A DNA stretch of 64,000 nt from Chrysomallon squamiferum (taxonomy: Eukaryota > Animalia > Mollusca): positions 28,954,001-29,018,000 of the forward strand of contig CM022679.1 of NCBI GenBank assembly GCA_012295275.1, in the 5' to 3' direction. Shown here one piece after another: positions 1-14,000 of the stretch (position 1 is the stretch's first letter; every line of letters starts with the position of its first letter). The notes under the pieces are model-generated. The model worked only from the letters and a program-made list of their open reading frames with translations, was not told the DNA's origin and searched no databases. A program made the position numbers and the translations under genes.

Positions 1-1035
1 GGCAGCCTAAGTTTGAAAAACTTGTGTTAACATATAAAAAAAAACCCACAAAAAAACCATCATTTTTTAAAATTTATATCTCGTTATTCTGACGGTAAAT
101 TCACAATTGTTTAATTTAAACACAAAATTAAAGTTGTGTAAAAAGGGATAAAAAAAATAATAATAAAACAAATAAGTAAACAATACAGAAAAATTTTAGT
201 AGTTAAAATGACTAAATTCACAGAATTTAGATAACTTCCCTTTAAAAACTAATAACTAAATAAATAAATAAATAAATAAAATAAACTGACGGAATGTGTA
301 AGAACAATAAATGATAAAAAATGAATATCTTTTTTCTAAAATTAATATTTAAATTTTTAACAAATTAAAACAATATTCTGTTCATCAATGGAAATTAGTG
401 CTTCTTTCATCATAATTATATTAATTTGACTATCAGGGAATTAAAATGTTGGTTTGATACTGGTAAGAGCCATGCATTATTTTGTTTCATTTTTGTATAA
501 ACATAAAAAACATAAAGAACCAAAGACAAAAAAGTACAAAAACAAACCAACAACTAGCAAAAATATTTAATGATTTGCTGGTGAATTAACAGATTTGAAA
601 TTTAATTAAATAAATTAAAACAGTAAATATAAAAGTAATCGTATTCCATCATGTACAAAACATTAAAAAAAAAAAAGAAGAAAAAAATCCATTTTTACCT
701 AACAACTGATTAGCCAGACAGAGAGCAGCAGTTGGAACGTGAAATCAGTTAAGTGGAGGAACAACTACTTAATACTGATCTGCATTAAAAGTTATTAGAT
801 AGAGAAAACAACACAAACATATGCAGTGACTGAGTAATGTTTAGAATTGGAAATCAATGTAATGAAACAATAAAGGTTATTTAAACCTCACTTGTTTTTT
901 TTTTTTCAAAACTTATTAACAATTCAACACTTTCAGTCTCCAAAATAAATTAAAACTGACACTAATTTTACATACATTCTTACAAGCACCCACACCTCAT
1001 TCATTCAAAAGAAAGACATTAATGCAAACTTGTTG

Positions 1036-4000
1036 TCAACTGTTAGTTTCACTTTCACTTTCACTTGCGTCGTCAAATTGACTCTCCTCAACTGGCAGGT
1101 CAAGTTTGAAATCTCTAGGATAACTCGGAGCGTGGATGTCGTACGCTAGGAAACACGATTCTGCATCACTGGATACCTGTTGCCAGGCAATGTCAGTGGA
1201 ATCACCAATGTTTACTGAATCTGTGGAATGAAGTATTAAACAGGGATACTAATGTGTTTTAACTTTTGTAACAAAACACACTTCTGACAAATAAGGAATA
1301 ATGAGTTATTTAAAAAAAAAAAAACAATAGAACAAAGGTAAAATTATTACACTGCTGATTATTAATAATCTTTAATTACAAATAAATAATCAATAATTAA
1401 ATGTGTGGATATGGTTAAAAGCATATTACTGGCAGAGAAAATGAGAATTCTTTGGAATTTGCAAAAATGAGGAGGGACAACAAAATCCTCAATGAAAATT
1501 AACTATACAATTGTTTTAATAAAAGAATAACAAATCAAAATAAGTAATAAGTAAATAAATAACTAAATAAATAAATAAATAAATAAATTTCTGAATGGTA
1601 AAGAGAAAATAACAAACCAAACTGTCCAGTCATTGTATCAATTTCTTCCTCCCAGTTCTCATCCGACACAATAAAATCTGTTGACACTGTTGGACATGGA
1701 TTCACAGCATCTACAACAAAAAAACCAGTCAGTTAGTTTAATATTTATCAGAAGTGATAAGCAGAGCAAAAAATCTACCGTAAAACAAATAAAAATAAAA
1801 TATTTTAACAGTCTAGTAGGTTCTAGAATACAAATCAAGTAATGAACAGAGCACTGGATGTGCTTATGAAGATGAAGTAGCATCAACAGAATTTTTAATT
1901 TATTTGTACCATTCTTAATGTATTATACACAGCATATGTTATCAAAATGCATACATGAATTATTAACAAAAATATCTATAAATACACACGTACCTACATA
2001 CCTACCTACCTACATACATACATATATATATATAAACACACACACACACACACACATAAATATAGTTATAAAAAGAAACACATACATTACATTACATACA
2101 TAGTTATTTTCACTCACCTGTCTTTACTCTGATACACACACTACACATATTATAATACAAAAATACTTCAACAGCATCCTTTGTCATTTTAATCCAAGGA
2201 GCCACAAAGACTTATTGAGAAAACACAGAAACCCTCTTACCAAAAAATAAAATTAAATTAAACTCACTGTTATTTTCGTTAGCTAAATGAATTTGATCAT
2301 TATCATCATCATTATCATTGTCATCGTCATCATCATCAGCTTCATAATCATCACAGCTGACATGTATGTTCAAGCTGAAACCATTTTTCAGTGGCCTCAC
2401 AAACTTCTCTCGCTGACTTGGTCCAGTGTGACTTCTCCATGTGGACAGGTTCTCCCTGGCAGCTAAAAACAGCTGAGTGTCACTGTAAGGCTCACTGGGT
2501 GTCTTGCCAGCTTCTTCACTGTCATCACTCTCTGGTCCAGATAACTGCAATTAAAAGCAGATAACATAGGATAGGATAGGATAGAAAAGGATTAGGATTA
2601 GGATTAGGATTAGGATTAGGATAGGATGGGATGGGATGGGATGGGATGGGATAGGATAGGATAGGATAGGATAGGATAGGATGGGATGGGATAGAATAGG
2701 TTAGGATAGGATAGGATAGGATGGGATGGGATGGGATGGGATGGGATGGGATAGGATAGGATAGGATAGGATAGGATAGGATAGGATAGGATAGGATTGG
2801 ATGGGATGGGATGGGATGGGATGGAAGAGAAAAGAACAGAACAGAACAGAATAGAAAGGAGCTGATGAGACAGGAAAGGATAGGTTAGGGTAAGTTATGG
2901 AAGAACAGGATAAGGACAGACGGTTTAGAACAGTGAGGATGACAGATAACAGCTTAGGACAGGAAAGGATAAATACAGCAGCAGATAGATGCAATAAAAT
3001 ACAGAGAGACAAAACAATAAATAAACAAAGAGGTAAAGTGTATCTAGGAAAAGAGGTACAATATATGCAATTAAATAATGATTACATTTCAATCTCTGTA
3101 AAATGATAGTTTTAAATACGAATTCTGTCACACAGAAAAAAAACACACTGCAATGGAGATTTAACTCTGCAACAAAAATCAAATTTAAAAAAAAAAAAAT
3201 GTTTTTACATGGACAATGTCATCCATTTTGGCATCATTAATGTCACGGCGACGACCTCTCCAGTTGTCCTTGAGGTTAGGGTCACGAGGTGGGTAATGAA
3301 GAGTGCGAACAATTTTAGGAATATTTTTGAGTGGAATTCCAAAATTATTCTGAAAAATATCACAAGTAAGAAAAAAAAAAAGGATTTGAACAAAATGTTC
3401 TGCTCCAAGTATTGTCTATAGACAATATTCATATATGGGTTTTTTAATTATTTATCTAAGTCATCAGTTATATACTAAAATTATACAGATTGTCCTGGGT
3501 TCCTTCTCTGTGTACCCACATATATATTGCCCATTCCAACCAGGTGTTCATAACTGGTATATCAAAAACTGTTTTCTAATGTCTGGCAAGGTTGTCACTG
3601 AACAAAACAAAATTATTTTAAATGAAGATAAAGTGAGAGAGAAGAGAGAGAATTATAGATTCAAAATGTACCAGTGTTCTGTTAAATAAAATATTTCTTT
3701 TTTCATTTAACAAAACATATTTTAAAAACTTTAGTTATACAAAGAAAAAGAAAAAAGAGAGTTGAAGATGAATTCACCTCTTCAATGTCAAGTCGAACAA
3801 GATTTGTTAGCTGTGATAGACACTTTGGAATTTCCATCAAGCGGTTGTTAAACAGGTCCAAAGCTTTCAGATTTGTAAGTTTTTCAAATGATTCGGGTAA
3901 TTCAGCAATCTAAACAGATAAAGAAATGCAATAGTTAGAAAAGATCTTTAAAAAAAAAATCATTTTGTTTACATCCTGTTCTCCAGAACTAAATCAGTAT

Positions 4001-5947
4001 TACACATTAATGTTAAATTTTAGTGTACACTGGGCTCTTTTCCATTCTAACCAGGGCTCCACAACTGATAAATGAAAAGCTGTGTTACTCCTAATGTCTA
4101 CAAAGGAAAATGTAATAATAAACACATAATTAGCTAGTAGGTGTAGCTCAGTGAATGATGGACCAGGTTCTCACATTTAAAAAAAGTTACACAAATCATT
4201 TTATCACTTTGAAAACACTGTACACTTTGTAACATAACTAAAATGTAAAACTGATGTTTATTTGCTCATCACAGTAACACTACCAGGTTATTGTCCATTC
4301 GTAAATCCTCCAAACTGGAAAGATTTCCAAAACTGCTTGGAAGAAGCTGGAGATGGTTTTTGGACAAAAGAAGAACTTTCAGATTTTTCAAATTTCCAAA
4401 CGACTCGGGCAGATCATGGATTAAGTTCTGACCTGTTGAAAATAAAATTTTAAAAAGTAACAAACACACACATGGACAAAGACATTAGCATGTATTTAGC
4501 TTTAAAAAAAAACCTGAGGAATTCATTTCCAGAATCTAAGATATTCTGTAATCTCAAAAGTTACTAATCACTAGATCAATCCATTTAATTCATCCTCCTT
4601 TTCGAATAACAGTATATCAAAAACTGGTGCCATATATTTTCTTAATTAACTTTATACTGTTATGTTCATGTGTACTAGACAGAGAGAGATCTATAAATAG
4701 ATAGACTGATGAAGACAGAAAAAGAGAGAGAGAGATGGGAAACATAAATATTCATTTTAACAAAAAAATCAATAAAGCATACAGTAAAGAGAGTCAATGA
4801 TAACTACAACTACAAGTTTAAATTCAATTAGTAAACTTGATTATTAAAATTTCTTAACATTTAACAACTTTCTCTTACCGAGGTCAAGAAACTCCAAGCT
4901 TGTGAGATTACCAAAGTCTTCAGGTAATTCTTGAATCTGGTTTTCGTCAAGTCGCAGTTGTTTGAGAGACGTCAAGGAACAGACACTGGGGGGCAAGTAG
5001 GAAATCCAGTTTCCATTCTGAAAATTTCTCCTTTCCAGCTCATCAATGACACTGCCAGTGTGCAAGCTCTCAAGTCTCGTCATGCTGCCAATAGACGCAG
5101 GCAGGTCAGTGATGAAATTACCTGCTACATCCAGAACAGTCAGGTTTTTGCAGATTTTCCCAAAAGTGTCTGAAATTGGTTTCTTGGTCAGTTTGTTGTC
5201 TTTGACGGACAGTTCAGTGAGTGATGGTAATTCTGAAATCCATTCTGGAAGACAGGTGAGATTGTTGACGTCAGCATAGAATTTTTTCAGGGTCTTCGTA
5301 GATCGACAGTGTTTAGGAAGACAGGTGATGAAGTTTGATGACAGATCAACAAACTGGAGAGAAGGTAAATCACCAAAACTTTGTGGAAGTTCTTCAATTT
5401 TATTACAGCTGAGATTAAGAGTTTTCAGTGACTTCAGTTTGCCAATATTTTTAGGCAGGGAGGAAATTAAATTACTGTTGGCTTCAAGGACCTTTAAATT
5501 AGATAACAAACCTAATGTCGATGGAATTTTCTCTAGACTGTTTTCATCTACAATAAGAATTTCAAGAGAAGACAACTCTCCTAATTTTTCCGGTAAGCTC
5601 TTTAGATTGTTCCCTGTTAATTTAAGAATTTTTAAACAACTGAGCAAACATAATGAATCTGGCAAACCTTCCAAGCAGTTTTCACTGAGATATAATTCTT
5701 GGATATTTCTGAAATGCCAAAATTCACTAGGCACAACCTCAATTTGATTTCCATTGGCTGATAATATTTGGAGATTTGGTAAAATCCAGGGAAGGTTTTC
5801 TGGAAGGCTCAACAGCTCATTGTAGTCCAGTAGTAACTGACAAACTGATTCCTTATTAGCAAAGTCTGAAGGGACCTTGTTAAGATTGGTGGAAGAAAAA
5901 TCAGCTACTTTTGATTCATCATCTAATCCATCTTCTTCCGAATCCAT
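1036..5947 (-). CDS. Intracellular leucine-rich-repeat protein (SHOC2/LAP-type LRRs plus acidic C-terminal tail), 7 coding exons
   Basis: Many LxxLxLxxNxL repeats in ORF 4844-5947. GT-AG exons join in frame: 5947-4879, 4432-4284, 3909-3778, 3349-3209, 2544-2268, 1710-1618, 1220-1036 (ends ...QFDDASESESETNS*). Exact orthologue not recognised. Confidence 0.85.
2566..2825. repeat. (ATAGG/ATGGG/ATTAGG)n simple satellite in an LRR-gene intron
   Basis: Visible pentamer tandem array. Confidence 0.95.
4028..4170 (+). mobile_element. Degenerate SINE remnant (Meta-domain-like core); related fragments near 3516-3575 (+), 9005-9065 (-) and 23835-23905 (-)
   Basis: ttccattctaaccagggctccacaactgata and related strings resemble the 'ttccagccagtgctccacaactgg' core of molluscan SINEs as recalled. 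Not confirmed by a search. Confidence 0.35.
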
Positions 5948-6029
5948 TTTAAATAAAACATTTGAATATTTTCTTCCTCTCTCAAAAAATCAGCATTCCT
6001 TTCATCATCAATATCTTCAGAATTTATCA

Positions 6030-7600
6030 AACTGAAAATGATTGGCAGTTAAAGTATATACAAAATATGTCAAACTATAAAAAAGCTATTTTATTAAATT
6101 AAAATATTAATCAAAACTCAATAAATATAATAAACATATAGAATTTATATTCATCAACTTAAATGTCTTCTGATAAGTCTAGCATTGTAAATTATTAATT
6201 TTAAATTTAAACAGAGTACCTTATTTCCTAAGTCACTGTTTCAGTCGTAACTTAATTTACTTGTGTTAGCTTTACATAAACCTATGAATGAAAATAAGTA
6301 ATTGCATTTCAAAAGTGATATAAAAAAAATGATTATTGCAAATACAACAGCGGCTTAAGTTTTGCTAAATCAAAAGTAAACATGTAATTTCTAAGCAAAC
6401 AAAAAACTTAAAATTTGAAGTTTCACTTTCAATATTTTGACGTCGTGAGGGAAGATGAAGTTTGTTAAATCAACATATAACTCTAAATCTTTCATCCCAA
6501 AAATCTCTTCTTACCAAACATCATTTCGTATCTTGTAACTCGAGATTTTAATTTCATCTGAAATAGTGGGAAATTCATAAAAACATAAACAGTGATACAA
6601 TGAATAAGCGTCTTTTTAATCGAGACAAGATCATATGTACCGTAAACGGTTTCTTAATATTTTGCAACATATCTTTGTTTTGCAAAATCCTATATCTTAG
6701 ATTTATTATAATACATTTCAGTATTACTTCATTCAAGAATATACAGTATGAACTTTATTTAATATAACTATTTTCATTTTTGTTTATGAATCTAATATTA
6801 CAGCAGATCGAAAATGGATTCCCCGCCGAATTTGGTTTGGATTTGTTTACTGTAGCGTTGGACGTTTGGTTGATTTTTGCTTGAACCGAACAGGGTACAA
6901 ATTATCAGTTATTATTATTAAAAAAATGTCCACTGTCGCATAAATCATATTCCATTAAATCACAACTTTATTTTTTTAATCTGTGAAGAAACTGTTATCC
7001 CTATTTTATTTTAAATGACAACAAATTTCATTTTGCATGACAGAACTTGCAGTTGCAGTTGCACAGATTTAGTCACGTTAGTGACTTATTGTTTTTCAAA
7101 TTAAACTGATGCTAATATAATTCTCTATACAGTTAAGAAGTCGAATTTGTTTAAGATGATATACATATGTCCATAAGTTTTTTTTATTTTATTTTATTAG
7201 CCTTTGATGCACATGTAAATTAACAAGCCACAGGTTACATTGGGAGAAAAATAATAAATAGCGTGTACAACTATAACAATTTTATTAATAGATATTTTTA
7301 TTTTAATTAATATATATACTTAAAGTTAAAGTTGTTTACAATTTGTGTTTTATTGCATATAACGATATACTGATTATATGTACATACATTGACAAACTGA
7401 AATCTTTCAGTGATATAAAGTAAATAAATTAAAATATTTTACCATAACAACAAAATAAAAATTACTACTATTACATCTAAAGCTGCTGCTGCTGCTATTA
7501 CTACAACTACTAGTTATAGCAGTGATAAAAATGTATCATATAAATACTTTTGGAACTTTATTTTTAAAGCTGGTTGTGAAAATGGTGTTGAAATATTTCT
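6030..7600. promoter_or_regulatory. Divergent (likely bidirectional) promoter region of the LRR gene and CCDC57, with probable non-coding first exons
   Basis: Start codons point away from each other, ~1.66 kb apart. Local CpG enrichment at ~6440-6900. Candidate donors at ~6513 (- strand) and ~6895 (+ strand). Confidence 0.5.
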
Positions 7601-7606
7601 GATGGT

Positions 7607-7827
7607 ATGGAGAATCAAGATCTTTTGTCATGGAAGGATCTGGCAGAGCAGAAAGAGAGAGAATGGAAGGAGATTACACAACAGAGGTGTGTGTCTTACT
7701 GTGTTCTTACTTTTATTTTTGTTTACTCAGTTTTTATATATGCTTGTGTCCATATCATTTTATATTTTGGTTTATTAGTTTACACTATAAAACACCCACG
7801 AATTTACTTTGTTTTGAAACAATGCTT

Positions 7828-7860
<33 letters not shown>

Positions 7861-10800
7861 CACCTATAAACTGAACCACTTTAAAATTTTAGTTAAATCT
7901 GTTTTCATGGACGTTATGCAACTTAAATTTGAAGCAATATGTTTAACTGATTTAATTAAATTTATTTTATGTTAATATATGTTTTGGAAATTAATTAATT
8001 AAGTTTTCAAAGTGTAAATGTTTATTTGAAAAGAAAAATAACTGATATCAGTAATGAAGGATCTTATTTTGAAGAAAAACAGATATTTAAATTTTTTAAT
8101 TTATTTTTAAAACTTCTGGTACCAGTATCAATTTATTTAAACTATATAAATTTTTAATAAAGAGGAAATTCTAATTTGTATATCAGGTAATAAAATTAAA
8201 TAGTCTTTCATCGAATGAATTTTTAATTCAGTTTTTATTAATTTTATATATATATTTTTATACAGAATTGCTATTCTGGAATCTGCTTGTAAAGAAAAAG
8301 AAAGATTGCTAGCTGAAGAAAGGTCTCAATTCATGAAACTGAAAGAGGATTTTAAGTACAATCTCAAACTTCTGAATGAACGAGACCAAGAGTTAGAACA
8401 GTATGACATAAAAATATCAGGTAAATAGTTTTTTCTTTTGCTGTAGTTTAAATGTTTTATTTTCTGAGATATAGTGTTTGTATTAACTGAATCCATTTTT
8501 TAAATTTTTTTTCAAGATTATTTTCAAATATTTAATACATTAGCAACATTGAAGTTATTTTGAACATTCATACACCATGTATCTTTTTATTTTTTTTTGT
8601 TTCTCTAAAAGTGTGTTATTATTATTATTTGTTTGTTGTTATTATTATTATTTTTATTTTGTTGCTGTTATTTTTATTATTTATTTCATTATTATTATTT
8701 TTTTTTTTTTTTTGTTTTATTTATTTTGTTATTATTTATTTATTATTTATTTATTTATTTTCTTGTTATTATTTTAGAATATAAGGCACAGCTGAATGTT
8801 AAAAATGCGGAAGTGAGTGAGTTGAAGATAAAAATTGATGACTTGAATTCAGCAATTAGGAGAGAAATTCAGAATCGGGAGGAACTTCAAATTCACTATC
8901 AGCAACGACTTCGACGAAAAGCAGACAGAAATCGACAACTTCAGAAGGTTTGTATGTGACAGAATGTAGAACAGATTATAACTTTACACCTTAAATGTAC
9001 CAGCACCTTGATACACCAGTAGTGAGCCACAGGTTAGATTGGGAAAACAACCCATGAGCTCATCAGGAAGAATGTGAAACATAAGAGAGAAAAAAATTGT
9101 AAATTCTCTTTCAGTATTTGATTCTGTTCCACATCTGTAAAGCAGATGTATTCTGTTTATTTTCAAGTGAAATCTTTCCTTACTGACTTATCAGTTGTAA
9201 TGACACACTTCCATATACTTTTAAAAAGGTCATTTTTAAGATAGTTACATCAGATATGAACAGTATGATACATTTTTTCAGGATTTTTTGAAAATATTTT
9301 TTTTTCTAAATTTGTTTTCACCAAAAATGCTTTATTATCTAAAATTATTGTTCTTCCATTTAAATAAAATGAGCCTCTTTCACATTATTGTTAATTTTAC
9401 ATGATAGTATGTGGTGGACATTTTGATTCAAAGAGACACACAGTCACAGAAATTTCACAGCATTTAAAATACAGAGAACACATTAAATATTCTTCATGAA
9501 TTATACCTGATATTATATTTTTCCAGTTCCAAAGACACTGAGATAGAAAGAGAAAGAAAAGAATTTGAGTGTTTCAAACGAGAACTGCAGCGTCGTATTA
9601 CTGAAGTTGAGGACGAAGTTGACATACAGAAACGTTTGACATTTTATGTTTCATGAAAGCATGTTGAACTTCATTTTATGTTTCATGATGCACAGCATGT
9701 TGAACTTGATGCAGGTTGAACTTCATTTTATGTTTCATGATGCACAGCATGTTCAACTTTTTTTCATGATGTACATCATGTTGAACTGTTGAACTTCATT
9801 TTTCATGTTGTCATGCTGTACAGCATGTTGAACTTCATTTTATGTTTCCAAATCTACATCATAGTGAATTTTTTTTTTCATCCTCTGCATAATATCAGAA
9901 AGATCTAGAGTGATTAAAATGTATACTCAGTGATTTCTTTGTCTAGTAAAACTATTAATCTCTGCATTCAATATTGAATATTGAAACAAAAAATTTATTT
10001 ACAATACACAAAAGCCTTAACATTGAAGGAAATCTCACAGAGAATATTTAGAAAGCAAAATAAAGTTAAGTACAGAAATCTCAAACATTTTTTTTTTCTA
10101 TTGATTTTCAAAATTTCAGATACATTTTATTGGTTACATTAGTATATTACTGTGGTTATTTACTGAAATTAAAAATCATTTAGTTTTCTTTAATTATGTT
10201 TTTATCTAAATAATGCCCTTTTGGGATTTTTATTTAATTTATATATTGATTTATTTTTATAATTTTTTTTTTCAGAGAAATTTTTCAGCATTAATTAATT
10301 TCTTAAGTGAATATTTATTTTGTTTTTGTGTTCTAGGATTTGATGAGGCAATGAGAAAAAAAGAACATGAATTTCGACTAAAATTGGACGAGATGAATGC
10401 TAAAATGTTAGAGCATGAATTAAAAGTATGTACTTTTAGTAATAAGCTGTTTATTGTTATTAAACTAACTTTTGTTGTTTAAACTGTATATTCAGCTGCA
10501 GTAATAGATGGTCTTAAAAAAAATCTGAATTCTGTGTTATTATTCTATTTAGTTTGAAAATGTAAAGTGACGTTTCTATTTAATTTTAATTTGAATTTGA
10601 ATTTAGTTTGGTTTAGTTTTTTTTAGTTTTTTATTATTATGTATTTTCAATGAAGGCAAAGCTTTTGGCAAAGGAGCTTGACATCATGAAGTCTGCCCAG
10701 CAGAGAAATAACAGAGAGTACAACAAAGTAGAAACCAGTCAGCGCATGTTGGAGAAACAGCTGAAAGAAAAAGAATGGGAAATAGCTGATACAACATCAA

Positions 10801-10981
10801 TGAAAGACGCAAGGTGACCTAGCACTCAGTCTTTTGTCTACATTTTAAATTTATTTTAATTTTTAATTTTTTTTTAAATTTTTTTTTTATTTTTTTTAAT
10901 TTTATTTTATTTTTTTTTAAAAATTAAATTTGTTTAGTTCATTTCAGTTAATTTCATTTTATTTATTTTTTCAACCATTTA

Positions 10982-11012
<31 letters not shown>

Positions 11013-14000
11013 GTAGAGTTTACATATATATTTATTTTTATTTATTAATTTATTTATAATTAATTCTACTTTCTTTCTATCTTTCTTTGTTTCATTATTT
11101 CAATTTCATTTATTTATTTATTTATTTATTTGTAGTTTTAAAAATATTTCCAAAGACCTCAAATATTCATCTCTCAAATTCATTTATTTGTTTATTTATT
11201 TATTTATTAACATTTTTATAGAATATCTGAACTTGAAAACAAGCTACATCAAGCTGAGATTGCCATGAAGAAGATGCAGCAGGACTTTCAAAGAAAGTGA
11301 GATGTGTAACAAGTATTTAAAATGAAATATCTGACTCTGGTAACACAGAATGAAGGTATTCCTTTTTAAAATGGGTAAAATGACAGCAGTACTAGATGAA
11401 TATTCTGTCACACATTTACGTAATCTTTTTAATATCTTCTGTTTATTAAATCAAGCATTTGCATAGTGAGCCCAAGTTTATTGAGATAGGAGAAATTTAT
11501 TTATAGAAAATTGTGAAAATAACACAAATATTGCTAGAAGAAAAAAAAAATTAAAAATTGTTTATCATCTATCTATCTATCTGTGTTTGTGTGTGTGTGC
11601 CTGGTTTGCTTATCCATCCATATGTTAATCAGTCTGTCCAAATCTGTTTGTCTGTCTGCCTCTCTCTCTCTTTATACATTTATATATATGGATGGATGCA
11701 TGGCAGATAACTTGAAACACTTTATATTTCAGACATGCTGAAGTTGACAGATCTGTGAAAGAGAAGGAAGCATCACTTGCCTCTTTGAAAGGTTCCTACA
11801 CTGAAAGGGAGCAGTCATTGCAGAATACCATCAGGGAGCTGCAGTCGCAGTTGGAGGATAGACAGATTGAAATAAGACAGCTGCAGTGGACAAATGAAGA
11901 CTTGATTAAAAACAGAGACTTACAGATAGACAAGTAAACATGACTGATAGTTCTAAAGTATTCAAAAATTATTAATATTTCAGAAGTGAACTGTAAATTA
12001 TTAAGTAAACAGTAATTAATATTACAGAAACAAATAATTATTAATGTTACAAAATTAATCAGAAATAAATGTTACAAAAACAAACAATAATTAATATTAC
12101 AAAAGTAAATAATTAATATTACAGAAGTAAACAGTAATTAATATTACAAACGTAAACAATAACTAATATACTTGTAGCCTGAAAAATTAGAAAACAAAAA
12201 GGAAATGGGGATAAGAATATTTATTACAAATTAAAATTACTTACACATACTAAAGTTGTTTATTTATACCTGTAGACTGAGAAATGAGATTTCAGAACTG
12301 AAAGAAAAGTGGGACAGAAATGTAGCAGAGATTTCTCGTAGTCAGGTCTCAACAGACGTTCAGCTGGAGCAGCTGAAAGATCACAACAGCAAACTGAAGA
12401 CAGACCTGCAGCTAAAGAAACAGGACATAGAAAGGTAGCAGAGAACCACATTAAATGAAATGATAGACAACATATTCTGCAGACCAGTCATTAGGCAACA
12501 CTCAACATCACTTCAGTGAACGTTACATTACACAGACGACATCACAAAATATAACCCCAAACCACTATATTCAACACTACAGGGCACTACAACACAAATT
12601 ATAACATCATACCACTTCTTTCAAAACTACATTACACTGTACACGATACAAAATATAACACCATACCACTCCTTTGAGCAGTGCATTACACTGTACACAA
12701 CACAAATTATAACACCATTCAACACAACATTACACTGTACACAACACAAATTATAACACCATACCACTCCTTTCAAAACTACATTACACTGTACACAACA
12801 CAAATTATAACACCATTCAACACATTACATTGTACATAACACCATTCAACACAACATACACAACACAAAATGTAAGACCACTCCATTCAGCACTACATTA
12901 CACCATACCACAACAAAACACAACAGCCCAGCATGTAACACACTATACTGTACTACAGCAGAGAGAAGCAGAGTGAAAGGTGACAGTGTTTGAAGGCAGG
13001 CTGTTATTTCTAGGTACAAACAGGAGTTGGTGGATGCTGCAGAAAGGGAGGCAGCTCTAGAACGCAGCAAGGTTCAGCTGGCACTCGACTGGCAGAGCAG
13101 GTTCGAGGACTGCGACAGAATGCAGTACGAGAAATCTGAGCAACTCATCAAGAAACTGACTGAGGCCAGGGACGAGGTTAGTGAGAGAGATAGAAAGGCA
13201 GGTTGGTTTTGTGAGAGAGAGAGAGAGAAAAAAAAAGTATGAGAAGAGGTGAGGGAGAGAGAAAGAAAGTTAGAATAATCTATTTTGCTCTTCTTTTAAC
13301 AACCTACAGCTACAGATATTCACTTTATTACTTTCTTCTTGTTAAACCCTCAGATATTTACAACAGTTTTATTATTTTTTACAAATTATTAGGCTCTGGC
13401 AAGTTTGAAAGAAAAAGACCGAGAACTTGAACAGCGAGATATGTACATACGAGCACTTCAGCATGACAAAAATGTTGCCATGGCAACCTTAAAGGAACAT
13501 AACATTCCACTGGACAAGAATCTTAATGTGAGTTTTTGACTGGTTTAATTTGAGATATTTCTATTAATTAGCCACAATTTATATTTTTAATTAATACTGT
13601 AAACCTGTTTTAAGTTTAGTAATTTTATTAGTAATTGAAGATTAACATAATCTGGGCTTTAATGAAATTTTAGATCAAAGCAAAAATAACTTTATAATTT
13701 TGGAGAACTTTACTTTTCCCTAATTTTAAGTGATTATTTTTAATTTTAAAATACACAGTTGACTAATTGTTTTATTAGTATCAAAAATACCATGTATGTG
13801 TTTAACTAATTGTTTTATTAGTATCAAAAATACCATGTATGTGTTTAACTAATTGTTTTATTAGTATCAAAAATACCATGTATGTGTTTAACTAATTGTT
13901 TTCTTGCATGTCAGAGATTCAGTCTGCAACATTTTAAAATGTTTATTATGAGATATTTCTGTCTGAAATACTTTGAAAATGCAGAAGTGAACTAAGTAAA

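Noticed and set aside
2584-2625. (ATTAGG)n as an interstitial telomeric repeat
   Set aside because: It is not TTAGGG or TTAGG in register and is a local variant inside an (ATAGG)n satellite
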